Source: Candidatus Methylomirabilota bacterium
Lineage (GTDB): Bacteria; Methylomirabilota; Methylomirabilia; Rokubacteriales; CSP1-6
Length of the DNA stretch: 64,000 nt
Assembly (NCBI GenBank): GCA_035281625.1
Contig: DATEDO010000238.1
Coordinates: 35 to 64,034, forward strand
Reading direction: 5' to 3'
Positions within the stretch are counted from its first letter, which is position 1. Every line of letters starts with the position of its first letter. Of this stretch, positions 31,368 to 40,913 are shown one piece after another. Under the pieces are notes generated by a model that saw nothing but the letters and a program-made list of their open reading frames with translations, was not told the DNA's origin and made no database searches. The position numbers were made by a program, and so were the translations under genes.

Positions 31368-32308
31368 GCCACCGTGCCCTCGAAGAGGGCCCGAGGGTTC
31401 CGCACCAGCATCTGATCGACCTGCTCCTCTTTCACGCCGGCCTTCCGGAGCGCGGGGAGGATGTCGTCCGAGATGTGGTTGTAGTGCCAGAGGGGGCGCG
31501 TGCGGGCCTTGGCCTCTTCCGTCAGCATGTCCGACCAGCAGTTGGCGTCGTGGGAGAGCACCATCTTCGGCGCATAGCCCTCCGCGCAGAGCGTGGCCAC
31601 CACCTCCACGCGCTTCGCCGTCGGCAGGAAGCTCTCCAGCCCGAAGCGGTCCATGCCGATGGTGCTGCCGCGCTCCATGAGCCCGCGGAGGTACTTCAAG
31701 TCGGCGCTGTCGCCCGAGTGGCCGATGATCACGCGCCGGAGGTCCACACCCTCCTGCGCGAAGATGGCCTGCTGCGCCTCGCCGGTGCGCCCCGCCGCCC
31801 AGGTGTGGGTGGAGATGGGCACGCCGGTGGCCTTCTGGGCCCGCGCGCAGGCGCGCAGGACGTTCTCGATCACCTGCGTCACGCCGGCGGTGTCGGTGGC
31901 GCACTTGATGATGGCGGCCTTCACGCCGCTGTCGCCGATGCCCTGGGTGATGTCGCGGATGAAGAGGGCCGCCACCTCGTCGGTGCCGTGGGCGGTGAAG
32001 TAGCGCTGGGGCATCCACCAGACGCCGGTGGCCACGATCACGTGCACGCGCGAGCGTCGCGCCACGTTCCGGATCAGCTCGATGTCGCGCCCGAGGTCGA
32101 CGGTGGTGAGGTCCACGATGGTGCGGACGCCGCGCCCGTAGAGCTCGGCCATCTTCCGCTCGCCGATGGCGTAGATCTGCTCGCGGTCCCAGAGATGCGG
32201 CCAGTTCTCCTGCACGCCGGGCGAGCGCGTGACGATGTGCTCGTGCATGAGAGTGGGGCCGAGCTGGCTCGTGTCGATGGGGCCGAGGGCGGTCTCTACC
32301 GTGGCCAT
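31364..32308 (-). CDS. phosphotriesterase-family (PTE/Php-like) metal hydrolase
   Basis: 314 aa. Has GPTLMHEHI near the N-terminus and IIKCAT, ISTHT, IGHSGD, SHD motifs of the PTE TIM barrel. Confidence 0.85.
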   Translation of the reverse strand: MATVETALGPIDTSQLGPTLMHEHIVTRSPGVQENWPHLWDREQIYAIGERKMAELYGRGVRTIVDLTTVDLGRDIELIRNVARRSRVHVIVATGVWWMPQRYFTAHGTDEVAALFIRDITQGIGDSGVKAAIIKCATDTAGVTQVIENVLRACARAQKATGVPISTHTWAAGRTGEAQQAIFAQEGVDLRRVIIGHSGDSADLKYLRGLMERGSTIGMDRFGLESFLPTAKRVEVVATLCAEGYAPKMVLSHDANCWSDMLTEEAKARTRPLWHYNHISDDILPALRKAGVKEEQVDQMLVRNPRALFEGTVA

Positions 32309-32326
32309 GGGGCTCTCCTGAGGGGG

Positions 32327-33100
32327 TCAGCGGCGAAAGATCTCGAGAACGGGCTCGGCGTCGCGAACGGACGTGAGGAGCACGGCGTCGATGGCGGGCT
32401 CGCGCAGCAGGCGCTCGGCCGTTTCGCGTGCCGGCGAGGGATCGGGCAGGCTCGCCACCTTGTTGATGAGCACGCAGACCCGCGCGCCGGGCGGCACACC
32501 CTTGCGCCCGCCCTCCGGATGAGCGAGGACGCGGGCCACGATCTCCGGCGTGATGGCCACCCCGAGCGCCGCTCCCGACAGCATCGCTACCCGCTCGGGG
32601 CGATGCACGCGGTCCTCGGTCAACGGCTTGCCGAAGATGTCGGCGCCCACCACGGGCAGGACGAGGGTGGTCTCGGCCGGGATCGCCGGCTCGTGCGCGG
32701 CCGGCGCCTTGAACGGCAGCGTGCGCGAGCCGTCGGCCTCGTTGATCACGCACGCGTCCGGGCACCAGCGCCGGAGCTCGCTGAAGCGCTCGAGGGAGAG
32801 TCCGGCCACCCGGCGGTTCTGGGGATTCTCGGGCCCGGTGACGAGCACCTGCCGGTGCGCCTCCAGCGCGGCGCGGAGGTCGTCGGGCTTGGCCTCGTCC
32901 ACCAGGAGATGCGCCGGCGCCAGCCCCACCTGGGTGGCGAAGATGTGCGTCGTCGTGGTGATGATGACGCGGCCGCCCGCCGCCGCCACCTCGCGCGCCA
33001 GCCGGAACATCGCGGTGGTCTTCCCGCCGCCGCCCACCAGCGCCACCACCTCGTCGGGCGCCACGCCCAGCGCGGCGCGGAGCGTCGGGCCCCCCGTCAC
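32327..33100 (-). CDS. yqeC: YqeC-like P-loop protein (putative selenium-dependent hydroxylase accessory protein family)
   Basis: 257 aa. GTG start overlaps the upstream SBP stop (GTGA). Has VVALVGGGGKTT followed by VIITTTTHI, a pattern I recognise from the YqeC family. Confidence 0.65.
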   Translation of the reverse strand: MTGGPTLRAALGVAPDEVVALVGGGGKTTAMFRLAREVAAAGGRVIITTTTHIFATQVGLAPAHLLVDEAKPDDLRAALEAHRQVLVTGPENPQNRRVAGLSLERFSELRRWCPDACVINEADGSRTLPFKAPAAHEPAIPAETTLVLPVVGADIFGKPLTEDRVHRPERVAMLSGAALGVAITPEIVARVLAHPEGGRKGVPPGARVCVLINKVASLPDPSPARETAERLLREPAIDAVLLTSVRDAEPVLEIFRR

Positions 33101-34086
33101 TGAATCACTTCGTCCGCCCGCGTGAGCAGCGACGGCGAGATGGTCAGCCCGAGCGCGCCGGCGGTCTTCAAGTTGAGGGCGAAGTAAGGCTGGCTGAGCT
33201 GCTCCACCGGGAGATCGCCCGCTTGGGCGCCCTCGAGGATGCGGCGCACCTGCTTGGCGGAGAGCTGCCCCGCCGCCCGGTAGCTGACGCCGTAGCTGGC
33301 GAGCGCGCCCTTGGCCACGCTCTCCTGCTCCTGGAAGAGCGCGGGCAACCGCTTGGCCCGCGCCACCTCGATCACGTGATCGATCTGGCTCACCACGAGG
33401 GCGTCGCCCACGTAGAGGATCGCGTCCGCCTCGTCGGGGCGCAGCGCCTGAAGGCTCTTGTGCAGCTCGTCCACCGAGGCGACGCGACGCTCCACGAGCT
33501 CGACCTTGAGCTGGGCCGCGGCCCCGCGCGCCGCCTCCACGGACTGGACCGCGGCGGCGTTGTCCGGCCGGTAGAACACGGCCATGCGGCGCGCCTTGGG
33601 CACGAGGGCCTTGAGCAGCTCCACCCGCTTCGCGCTCAGCTCGTTGAGCTGGCCGTGCACGCCGGTGAGCCGCCCGCCGGGCTTCGGGAAGCTCCCCACG
33701 AGGCCCAGCGCGACCGGATCCGCGCCGGCGTAGAAGACGATGGGCACGCGCTCGGTGGCTTGACGCGTAGCCGTGGCCGCGGTGGTGGAGACGGCATAGA
33801 TCAGATCGACCCGCTGGGCCTCCAGCTCGCGCGCCGCCTTCTTGAGGGTCTCGACATCGCCCTTGGCGTCGCGCACGTGCAGCTTGACTCGTTTGCCCTC
33901 CTCGAGCCCTTGCTCCTTGAGCCCGGCCCGGAGCCCGTCCACGGCGAGCTGATACGTGCCCCCGAGGTGCACGACGCCGACCTGATACACACGGCTCGAC
34001 TGAGACTCCGCGGCCCCCGCCGCGCCCAGGGTCAGCGCGCCGACGAATGCCCAGCAGCCCACACGTCCGGCGGCCCACACGCTCAC
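33097..34086 (-). CDS. COG2984-type ('ABC transporter substrate binding protein') periplasmic binding protein, copy 1
   Basis: 329 aa with a signal peptide. Has VPIVFYAGADPVALGLV...PGGRLTG and ends LTRADEVIQ. Paralogous to 34083..35048 and 43785..44753. Confidence 0.8.
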   Translation of the reverse strand: MSVWAAGRVGCWAFVGALTLGAAGAAESQSSRVYQVGVVHLGGTYQLAVDGLRAGLKEQGLEEGKRVKLHVRDAKGDVETLKKAARELEAQRVDLIYAVSTTAATATRQATERVPIVFYAGADPVALGLVGSFPKPGGRLTGVHGQLNELSAKRVELLKALVPKARRMAVFYRPDNAAAVQSVEAARGAAAQLKVELVERRVASVDELHKSLQALRPDEADAILYVGDALVVSQIDHVIEVARAKRLPALFQEQESVAKGALASYGVSYRAAGQLSAKQVRRILEGAQAGDLPVEQLSQPYFALNLKTAGALGLTISPSLLTRADEVIQ

Positions 34087-35048
34087 TGGATGACCTCATC
34101 CGCCCGGGTCAGCACCGCTTGCGGAATCGTCACCCCGATGGCCTTCGCGGTCTTCAGGTTGATGGCGAGGTAGATCCGATCGACGAGCTCCACCGGGAGA
34201 TCGCCGGGGCGCGCGCCGAGAAGGATGCGGTGGACGTACTTCGCGGTCTGATGTCCGATGGCACGGAAGCTCACACCGTAGCTCGCGAGCGCTCCCATCA
34301 TCACCGTTCCCGAATCATGGAACATGGTGGGCAGGCGTTTCGCCAGTCCCGCCTCGACGACCGCCTGGGCCTGGCTGCTCACCATGGAGTCGCCGATGTA
34401 GAAGATCGCGTCCGCATCCTCGTGTCGGAGCGCGCGCAGCCCGGCGTTGAGCTCGGCGACGGACCGAACCTGGCGCTCGATGAGCTGGATCTTCAATCGG
34501 CGGGCGGCTTCGCGCAGTGCCGGCACGGCGTTCCGCGTCGGATTGTCGGGGTTGTAGAAGCCGACGACGCGGCGTGCGCTCGGCACGATCTCCTTCAGCA
34601 GCTCCAAGCGCTTCGGGCCGAGGTCACGTGACTGGCTGCCCACCCCGGTGAGGCGCCCGCCCGGCTTCCGGAAAGTCTCGACGAGTCCGACCTCAGCCGG
34701 GTCCGCCCCCGTGTGGAAGACGATGGGCACCGTCTTGGTGGCCTCCATGACGGTGAAGGTGACCGAGGAGCCCACCGCGAAGATAACGTCGACGCCGTCC
34801 GCCTCGAGGCCCTTTGCCGCTACCCCCGCGGCCTTCCGATCCCCTTTGGCATCGCGGACGAGGAACGCGTACTGCTTGCCTTCCTCGAAGCCCAGCTCGC
34901 GCAGACCATCGCGGAGCCCATCGATCGACTGCGCGCCCGGCCCGCCCAAGAGGACCACCCCGATCCGGTGCACGCGGGGTTGGGCGGCGGCAACCGAGGT
35001 GCCGAGGAGCACGAGCAGCGCCAGCAGCGCGAGCCCCGCCCGCCTCAC
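34083..35048 (-). CDS. COG2984-type periplasmic binding protein, copy 2
   Basis: 321 aa from GTG 35048 (VRRAGLALLALLVLLGTSVAAAQ). That start sits in the same GTGA arrangement as the other copies. The track's ATG 35087 would add an Arg-rich extension read from a relic sequence. Confidence 0.75.
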   Translation of the reverse strand: MRRAGLALLALLVLLGTSVAAAQPRVHRIGVVLLGGPGAQSIDGLRDGLRELGFEEGKQYAFLVRDAKGDRKAAGVAAKGLEADGVDVIFAVGSSVTFTVMEATKTVPIVFHTGADPAEVGLVETFRKPGGRLTGVGSQSRDLGPKRLELLKEIVPSARRVVGFYNPDNPTRNAVPALREAARRLKIQLIERQVRSVAELNAGLRALRHEDADAIFYIGDSMVSSQAQAVVEAGLAKRLPTMFHDSGTVMMGALASYGVSFRAIGHQTAKYVHRILLGARPGDLPVELVDRIYLAINLKTAKAIGVTIPQAVLTRADEVIQ

Positions 35049-35070
35049 TGGATGACCTCGTCCGCCGGTC
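35044..35070 (-). pseudogene. relic 3' end of a further COG2984 binding-protein gene (..ADEVIQ stop)
   Basis: CTCACTGGATGACCTCGTCCGCC is near-identical to the 3' ends of the two downstream paralogs (34081.. and 33095..) and keeps the GTGA overlap. Similarity stops after about 25 nt. Confidence 0.4.
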
Positions 35071-35093
35071 CGGCGACGCCGGCGCATCGCCTG

Positions 35094-35852
35094 TTACCCC
35101 TTGGCCCCCTTCGCGGCCCGCTCCATGAGGTCCTTGGCCCCCGCCTGAATCCAGGGGAAGAACGGCGACATCAGGCAGCGCACGCCCAGCTTCGTGTAGC
35201 GCTCCACGTTGCCCGCGTTGACGAGGGTGCCCGCGGTGCGGCCGGCCGCGACGATCTTCCCGATCGACTCGTCGATCACCTCCTGCACGTCGGGGTGGGC
35301 CATCTGGCCGATGTGGCCCATGGAGGCGGCGAGATCGCCCGGGGCCACGAAGAAGACGTCGATGTGATCGACCTTCACGATCTCGTCCAGCTGCCTGGTG
35401 GCCGCGATGTCCTCGATGAGGATGATGAGCGCGCTCTGGTCATTGGCGGTCTTGAGATAGTCCTCCACGCCGAAGCCCTGGCGGCTCGTGTACATGCCGC
35501 GCTTGCCGATGGGCGCGAACTTGGCCGCCTCCACCACCGCCTCCGCTTCCCGCCGGTTGTTCACGTGCGGCACGACGATGGCCTGGGCGCCGCGGTCCAG
35601 CGTGCGGTAGATGGTGGCGTAGTCGTTGTCCTGGACGCGCACCACCGACGTCTTCCCCCAGAGGTCGCAGGCCCGCGTGAGGTTGCCCAGATCGCCGAAG
35701 TCCACGCCGCCGTGCTCGCCCTCGAGCCAGATGCCGTCCACGTCGAGCGTGCCGAGCTGATCGATCAGGTCCGGCTCGTTGGTGCCGGCGATGATGGTGG
35801 CGACCTGCCCGGCGGCGAGCCGTTCCTTCACGCGATTGGGTCGGATCTTCAT
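35094..35852 (-). CDS. HpcH/HpaI family aldolase (2-keto-3-deoxy-acid aldolase-like)
   Basis: 252 aa. Has DGIWLEGEHG, IVVPHVN and LIILIEDI, typical of the class II pyruvate aldolase/citrate-lyase-beta fold. Confidence 0.8.
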   Translation of the reverse strand: MKIRPNRVKERLAAGQVATIIAGTNEPDLIDQLGTLDVDGIWLEGEHGGVDFGDLGNLTRACDLWGKTSVVRVQDNDYATIYRTLDRGAQAIVVPHVNNRREAEAVVEAAKFAPIGKRGMYTSRQGFGVEDYLKTANDQSALIILIEDIAATRQLDEIVKVDHIDVFFVAPGDLAASMGHIGQMAHPDVQEVIDESIGKIVAAGRTAGTLVNAGNVERYTKLGVRCLMSPFFPWIQAGAKDLMERAAKGAKG

Positions 35853-35876
35853 GGCGTCTCCTTCGTGAGTGGGCTC

Positions 35877-36782
35877 CTACGCACGGCGGATTCTAGCACC
35901 CGCGCGCTTGCCCGCGGCGGCGAGGAGATCGGCCAGGCGGGTGAGCGCGGGCTGCCGCCGGGCCGCCGCGCGCCACACCAGCGCCACCGGCAGGGCGGGC
36001 ACGCGCGCGGGCTCCACGACGATGCGCCCCGGCGGCGCCTCCGCCAGCGCCAGCGCCGGCACGAGCCCGATGCCGAGCCCGCCGGAGACGTAGGAGAGGA
36101 GCAGCGACACGCTCGGCACGTCGATGGTGGACACCGGGCGGATGCGGTGGTCGGCGAGGTATTGATCGAGCAGCGCGCGTCCCCGGCTCTCCGCGGCCAG
36201 CCGCAGGGCGGGCTCACGCCGGAGGCGCTCGGTGAGCGGGGCGCGCTCGCGGCCGCGGCGCGGGCCCACCCACACGAAGGGCTGATCGAAGAGGTGCCGA
36301 TCCTCCAGCCCGCGCGGAATGTCCTGGCCCGTCACCACCGCGAGGTCCACGTCGCCCGCCGCGACCAGGCGGACGCCCGCGCGCGAGTGCGCGGTGACGA
36401 TCTCGAAGCGCAGGGGCGGATCCTCGTCGAGGAGATCGCGCAGCACCGGGGCGAGCAGGCCCTTGCCCAGGTAATCGCTCACTGCCATCCGAATGGTCAC
36501 CGCCGAGCGCCCGGCCAGCGCGGCGAGCTGGGCGAAGGCGGTCTCCGCCTCCGTCCAGAGGCCGCGGACCACCGGCAGGGCCGCCTCGCCGGCGGCGGAG
36601 AGGCGCACGCCGCGCCCGGCGCGCTCGAAGAGCTTGAGCCCGAAGTGGGCCTCGAGGCGGCGGATCTGCTGGCTCACCGCCGAGGAGGTGATGTGGCGCT
36701 GCCGCGCGGCCGCGGCCACCGAGCCCGTGCGAGCCACGGCGAGCAGGGTCTCCAGCGCGGGGAACAGCGCGGCGTCGATCAT
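35877..36782 (-). CDS. LysR family transcriptional regulator
   Basis: 301 aa. N-terminal [37 protein letters not shown]. Divergent from leuC. Confidence 0.9.
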   Translation of the reverse strand: MIDAALFPALETLLAVARTGSVAAAARQRHITSSAVSQQIRRLEAHFGLKLFERAGRGVRLSAAGEAALPVVRGLWTEAETAFAQLAALAGRSAVTIRMAVSDYLGKGLLAPVLRDLLDEDPPLRFEIVTAHSRAGVRLVAAGDVDLAVVTGQDIPRGLEDRHLFDQPFVWVGPRRGRERAPLTERLRREPALRLAAESRGRALLDQYLADHRIRPVSTIDVPSVSLLLSYVSGGLGIGLVPALALAEAPPGRIVVEPARVPALPVALVWRAAARRQPALTRLADLLAAAGKRAGARIRRA

Positions 36783-36889
36783 GGGGACGGCCCGATCATG
36801 TAGCGCAGCTTACCATTCAACCAAGAACGTTTCACTGGACTACACGGTGCCGGCTGGGGCACGATGAGCCTCCCGAAGGAGGCGTCGCC

Positions 36890-38293
36890 ATGGCACGCAC
36901 GCTGCTCGACAAGGTGTGGGAAGCGCACGCGGTGCGGACGCTGCCGTCCGGCCAGACCCAGCTCCTGATCGGCCTCCACCTCATCCACGAGGTGACGACG
37001 CCGCAGGCCTTCCAGATGCTCAAGGAGCTGAAGCTCAAGGTGCGCATGCCCGAGCGCACGTTCGGCACGCTGGACCACATCATCCCGACGACGGATCAGA
37101 CGCGACCCTACGCCGATCCCATGGCGGAGGAGATGGCCGCGCACATGTACAAGAACATGAAGGACTTCAATCTGAACCTCTTCGACATGGCCACGGGCAA
37201 GCAGGGCATCGTGCACGTGATCGGGCCGGAGCAGGGGCTGACCCAGCCGGGCATGACCATCGCCTGCGGCGACAGCCACACGTCCACCCACGGCGCGGTC
37301 GGCGCCATCGCCTTCGGCATCGGGACGACTCAAGTTCGCGACGTGCTGGCGACCCAGTGTCTGTCCATGGCCAAGCCGAAGCTCCGCCAGGTGCGCGTGG
37401 AGGGCGCCCTCGCCAAGGGCGTCTACGCCAAGGACGTGATCCTCGCCATCATCAATCAGCTCGGCGTCAAGGGCGGCGTGGGCTACGCCTACGAGTACGC
37501 GGGCCCCGTCATCGACCGCATGACGATGGAGGAGCGCCTCACCGTCTGCAACATGTCCATCGAGGGCGGCGCGCGCTTCGGCTACGTCAATCCGGATCAG
37601 ACCACCTACGACTACCTCCGCGGCAAGCCCTATGCGCCGCAGGGGGCGGCCTTCGACCGCGCGCTCGCCTGGTGGAAGTCCGTGGCCACGGAGACGGGCG
37701 CGAAGTTCGACGACGTGAGGACGATCGACGGCTCGGCCCTGGAGCCCGTCGTCACCTGGGGCATCAATCCCGAGATGTCGGTGGGCGTCGGCCAGCGCAT
37801 TCCCTCGCCCGACTCCAAGCCCGAGGCGGAGCGGCCGACCTATCGCGAGGCCCTCGCCCATATGGGCTTCGAGGTGGGCCAGGCCATCAAGGGCACGAAG
37901 ATCGACGTGGCGTTCGTGGGCTCCTGCACCAATGGGCGGCTGTCCGACCTCCGCGTGGCCGCCGAGGTCGCGAAGAAGGGCAAGGTCGCCAAGCACGTGC
38001 GGGCCCTCATCGTGCCCGGCTCGCAGGTGGTGGCCAGGGCCGCCGAGGCCGAGGGGCTTCACGAGATCTTCCAGGCCGCGGGCTTTCAGTGGCGCAAGGC
38101 CGGGTGCTCCATGTGCCTCGGGATGAACGACGACAAGCTTCAGGGGCGCGAGATGAGCGCCTCCTCCAGCAACCGCAACTTCATCGGCCGCCAGGGCAGC
38201 CCCACCGGGCGCACGCTCCTCATGAGCCCGGCCATGGTCGCCGCCGCCGCCATCAACGGGGTGGTGACGGACGTCAGGGAGGTGTTGAGATGA
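36890..38293 (+). CDS. leuC: 3-isopropylmalate dehydratase (aconitase-family) large subunit
   Basis: 467 aa. Fe-S ligand motifs CGDSHT, GSCTNGR and [13 protein letters not shown] lies upstream. Confidence 0.9.
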   Translation: MARTLLDKVWEAHAVRTLPSGQTQLLIGLHLIHEVTTPQAFQMLKELKLKVRMPERTFGTLDHIIPTTDQTRPYADPMAEEMAAHMYKNMKDFNLNLFDMATGKQGIVHVIGPEQGLTQPGMTIACGDSHTSTHGAVGAIAFGIGTTQVRDVLATQCLSMAKPKLRQVRVEGALAKGVYAKDVILAIINQLGVKGGVGYAYEYAGPVIDRMTMEERLTVCNMSIEGGARFGYVNPDQTTYDYLRGKPYAPQGAAFDRALAWWKSVATETGAKFDDVRTIDGSALEPVVTWGINPEMSVGVGQRIPSPDSKPEAERPTYREALAHMGFEVGQAIKGTKIDVAFVGSCTNGRLSDLRVAAEVAKKGKVAKHVRALIVPGSQVVARAAEAEGLHEIFQAAGFQWRKAGCSMCLGMNDDKLQGREMSASSSNRNFIGRQGSPTGRTLLMSPAMVAAAAINGVVTDVREVLR

Positions 38294-38357
38294 TTGGCGA
38301 GGTGCAGCCGAAGGCGAGCCGAGCGAACATGGTAAGTCCGGCCGAGCGGAGCGAGGC

Positions 38358-38951
38358 ATGACCGACTACAAGCGCAAGCAGATCGCCGGCCGCGGCATTC
38401 CGGTTTCCGGCAACGACATCGACACCGACCGCATCATCCCCGCGCGCTTCTTGAAGGCCGTCACCTTCGAAGGCATGGGCGAGCACGCCTTCGAGGACGC
38501 GCGCAGGCAGAACCCCGAGCACCCGTTCAACTCGCCCGCCTACCAGGGCGCTTCCGTGCTCGTGGTCGGGCAGAACTTCGGCTGCGGGTCGTCCCGGGAG
38601 CACGCGCCGCAGGCCCTCATGCGCTGGGGCATCAGCGCCATCGTGGGCGGCTCCTTCGGCGAGATCTTCTTCGGCAATTGCGTGATGCTCGGCATCCCCT
38701 GCCTGGTCGCCAGCCAGGCCGACCTCGAGTGGCTGCAGAAGGCGGTCGAGCGCGATCCCCAGGGCGTGGTCAGCGTGGACGTGGACCAGCAGGAAGTGCG
38801 CTTCGGCGGCCGCACGATCAAGGCCACCGTGCCCGACGGCCCGCGCAATCAGCTCGTGAACGGGACGTGGGACTCCACCGCCGTGCTCCTGGACGCGGGT
38901 GCGGCGATCGAGGCGACGGCGGGGAAGCTGCCCTACGTGAAGGGGTTCTAG
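38358..38951 (+). CDS. leuD: 3-isopropylmalate dehydratase small subunit
   Basis: 197 aa. Has DTDRIIPARFL and NFGCGSSREHAPQAL, typical of LeuD. Confidence 0.9.
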   Translation: MTDYKRKQIAGRGIPVSGNDIDTDRIIPARFLKAVTFEGMGEHAFEDARRQNPEHPFNSPAYQGASVLVVGQNFGCGSSREHAPQALMRWGISAIVGGSFGEIFFGNCVMLGIPCLVASQADLEWLQKAVERDPQGVVSVDVDQQEVRFGGRTIKATVPDGPRNQLVNGTWDSTAVLLDAGAAIEATAGKLPYVKGF

Positions 38952-38967
38952 CGCCCGTCCTCGTCGG

Positions 38968-40098
38968 TCAGCCGTTCACGTCGAGCCCGAGCGCCACGCG
39001 CCCCGTGAACAGCGCCTGCGGCTTCTCCTGCAGCGGGTGGAAGCGCGCGGCCTGCGCGTCGCGGAAGAGGCGCTCGAGCCCGGCGGCGCGGTAGAAGCCG
39101 GCGCCGCTCGCGACCTCCATCGCCTTGTCGCAGGTGCGGAGCACCGCCTTGCCCGCCAGCGTGCGGCACATCGCCACGGTGTTCGTCGTATCGACGTCGA
39201 TGTGGCCCGTGTCGGCGGCGTCGATCATGGCCTTGACGGCCAGGCGCGCCGCGGTCAGCTCCGTGTCCAGCTCGCCCAGCAGGAGCTGAGTGGTGGCGTC
39301 CCCCCGCCGGCGCCCCGCCTCGCGCACGGCGAGGTCGCGCGCGGACTCCGCCACCCCCAGATACACCGAGTACACGAGCGGGAACGCGACCGAGAAGATC
39401 ACGTAGAACACCGGCACCCATCGCCCGGGCGGACGCCGCACCCCCACCGCCGCGTCGGGCACGAAGACGTTCTCCAGCAGGACGTCGTTGGAGCCGGTGC
39501 CGCGCATGCCGAGCGTCCGCCAGTTGTCGCACACCTTCACGCCCGTCGCGTCCATCGGGACCGGGAAGTGGAGCACGGTGGGACCGTCCTTGGGGTCCTC
39601 GTAGATGGCCATGGTCATCAGGAGATCGCCGCCCGGGGAGCCGCTCCCGAAGATCTTGCGCGCGGTGACCAGGTAGCCGCCCTCCACCTTCTTGGCGACC
39701 CCTGACCCGGCGAGGAAGTCGGACCCGCCGGTCGAGACGAGGACCAGCTCCTCGGCGGCCACCCGGCGGAGGAAGGGCTCGACCGGCGCGCTCTGATGGC
39801 GCCAGCGCCAGACGGTGCTGGCGAGGATGTGCGTGTGCATCGACAGGGCGAGCGCGGTGGAGCCGCACGAGCGGGCGAGCAGCCGCAGCATCTCGCAGAG
39901 CTCTCGGTAGGTGGCCCCGCCGCCGCCCAGCTCGGCGGGCACGCCGGCCGAGAACGCGCGGTGTGCCCGCAGGTCGGCGTAGTTCTCTGCCACGAAGGTG
40001 TCATCGGCATCGTGGCCGGCGGCGCGCGCGGCAAAGCGGGGCCCAAGCTCGCGGGTCAGGGCCAGGCAGTCGAAAGGACGCGTCTCCATAGTGGGCAT
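38968..40098 (-). CDS. acyl-CoA dehydrogenase family protein
   Basis: 376 aa from ATG 40098, with AAGGAGG upstream. Three-domain ACAD-like layout (GGG..Y.E, middle beta domain WRTLGMRGTGSNDV, C-terminal helical bundle). Confidence 0.75.
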   Translation of the reverse strand: MPTMETRPFDCLALTRELGPRFAARAAGHDADDTFVAENYADLRAHRAFSAGVPAELGGGGATYRELCEMLRLLARSCGSTALALSMHTHILASTVWRWRHQSAPVEPFLRRVAAEELVLVSTGGSDFLAGSGVAKKVEGGYLVTARKIFGSGSPGGDLLMTMAIYEDPKDGPTVLHFPVPMDATGVKVCDNWRTLGMRGTGSNDVLLENVFVPDAAVGVRRPPGRWVPVFYVIFSVAFPLVYSVYLGVAESARDLAVREAGRRRGDATTQLLLGELDTELTAARLAVKAMIDAADTGHIDVDTTNTVAMCRTLAGKAVLRTCDKAMEVASGAGFYRAAGLERLFRDAQAARFHPLQEKPQALFTGRVALGLDVNG

Positions 40099-40200
40099 GG
40101 TGAGGTCCTCCTTGGCTCCCAACCTTGCCAGCGTCGCGCGGGGCCGCCAAGACCATAAAATGGACTTGCTCCCCCGCCTTGCCGCTCCTAGCATCTGGCC

Positions 40201-40902
40201 ATGCGGGGCTATGGCCAGTTCTGCCCGGTCGCCGTGGCGTCTCAGATATTTGCGGAGCGCTGGACGCCCATCATCCTGCGCGAGCTCCTGTCCGGCAGCC
40301 ACCGCTTCAACGACATTCGCAACGGCATGCCCCTCATCTCCCGCTCGCTCCTGGCCCAGCGCCTGCGCGAGCTCGAGGACGCCGGCGTGATCGCGAGCCG
40401 TCCGCTCCCCGGCGGCCGAGGCCGGGACTATCGGCTCACCAAGGCGGGCGAAGCGCTGCGCGAGGTGGTGGACCGCCTCGGCGAATGGGGCCAGCGGTGG
40501 GCGAACTGGCAGTTCGCGCCGGACAACCTCGAAGTGAGCCTGCTCATGTGGGCGATGAAGAACGGGATCGCGCTGGACCGACTGCCGGATCGCCGGGTCG
40601 TGGTGCGCTTCGACTTTCGCGGGATTCCGGCGCGATTCCGCCATCAGCGCACGTGGTGGCTGGTGCTCGAGCGCGCCGGCGTCGACCTGTGCTACCGCGA
40701 TCCGGGACACCCGGTCGACCTCGAGGTCGACGCGGATCTCGTCGCGCTGGGCCGCGTGTGGACCGGGCACCTCACCTTCGCCCAGGCCCTGCGTGGAGGC
40801 GGCGTGCGGATCGCAGGGGATCGGGCGCTCGCGCACGCCTTCCCGAACTGGCTCCTGTTGAGCCCGTTCGCACCCTTCGGCCGCGCCGGGGCCCGCGCCT
40901 AG
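40201..40902 (+). CDS. HxlR family transcriptional regulator with a C-terminal SCP2-like extension
   Basis: 233 aa. N-terminal CPVAVASQIFAERWTPIILREL is the HxlR wHTH signature. Divergent from the ACAD gene. Confidence 0.8.
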   Translation: MRGYGQFCPVAVASQIFAERWTPIILRELLSGSHRFNDIRNGMPLISRSLLAQRLRELEDAGVIASRPLPGGRGRDYRLTKAGEALREVVDRLGEWGQRWANWQFAPDNLEVSLLMWAMKNGIALDRLPDRRVVVRFDFRGIPARFRHQRTWWLVLERAGVDLCYRDPGHPVDLEVDADLVALGRVWTGHLTFAQALRGGGVRIAGDRALAHAFPNWLLLSPFAPFGRAGARA

Positions 40903-40913
40903 CCAGCGCTCGG

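Noticed and set aside
36783-36889. LysR T-N11-A box between the LysR gene and leuC
   Set aside because: A partial dyad GTAGCGCAGCTTAC (36800-36813) is present. It does not fit the T-N11-A spacing and is too weak to report as a site.
36779-38359. 526-aa minus-strand ORF, plus the 481-aa plus-strand ORF 36916..38361
   Set aside because: Both overlap leuC, whose frame carries the aconitase-family Fe-S motifs. The alternatives have no motifs. Only the last 23 codons of the second ORF are discussed, as a micro-ORF.
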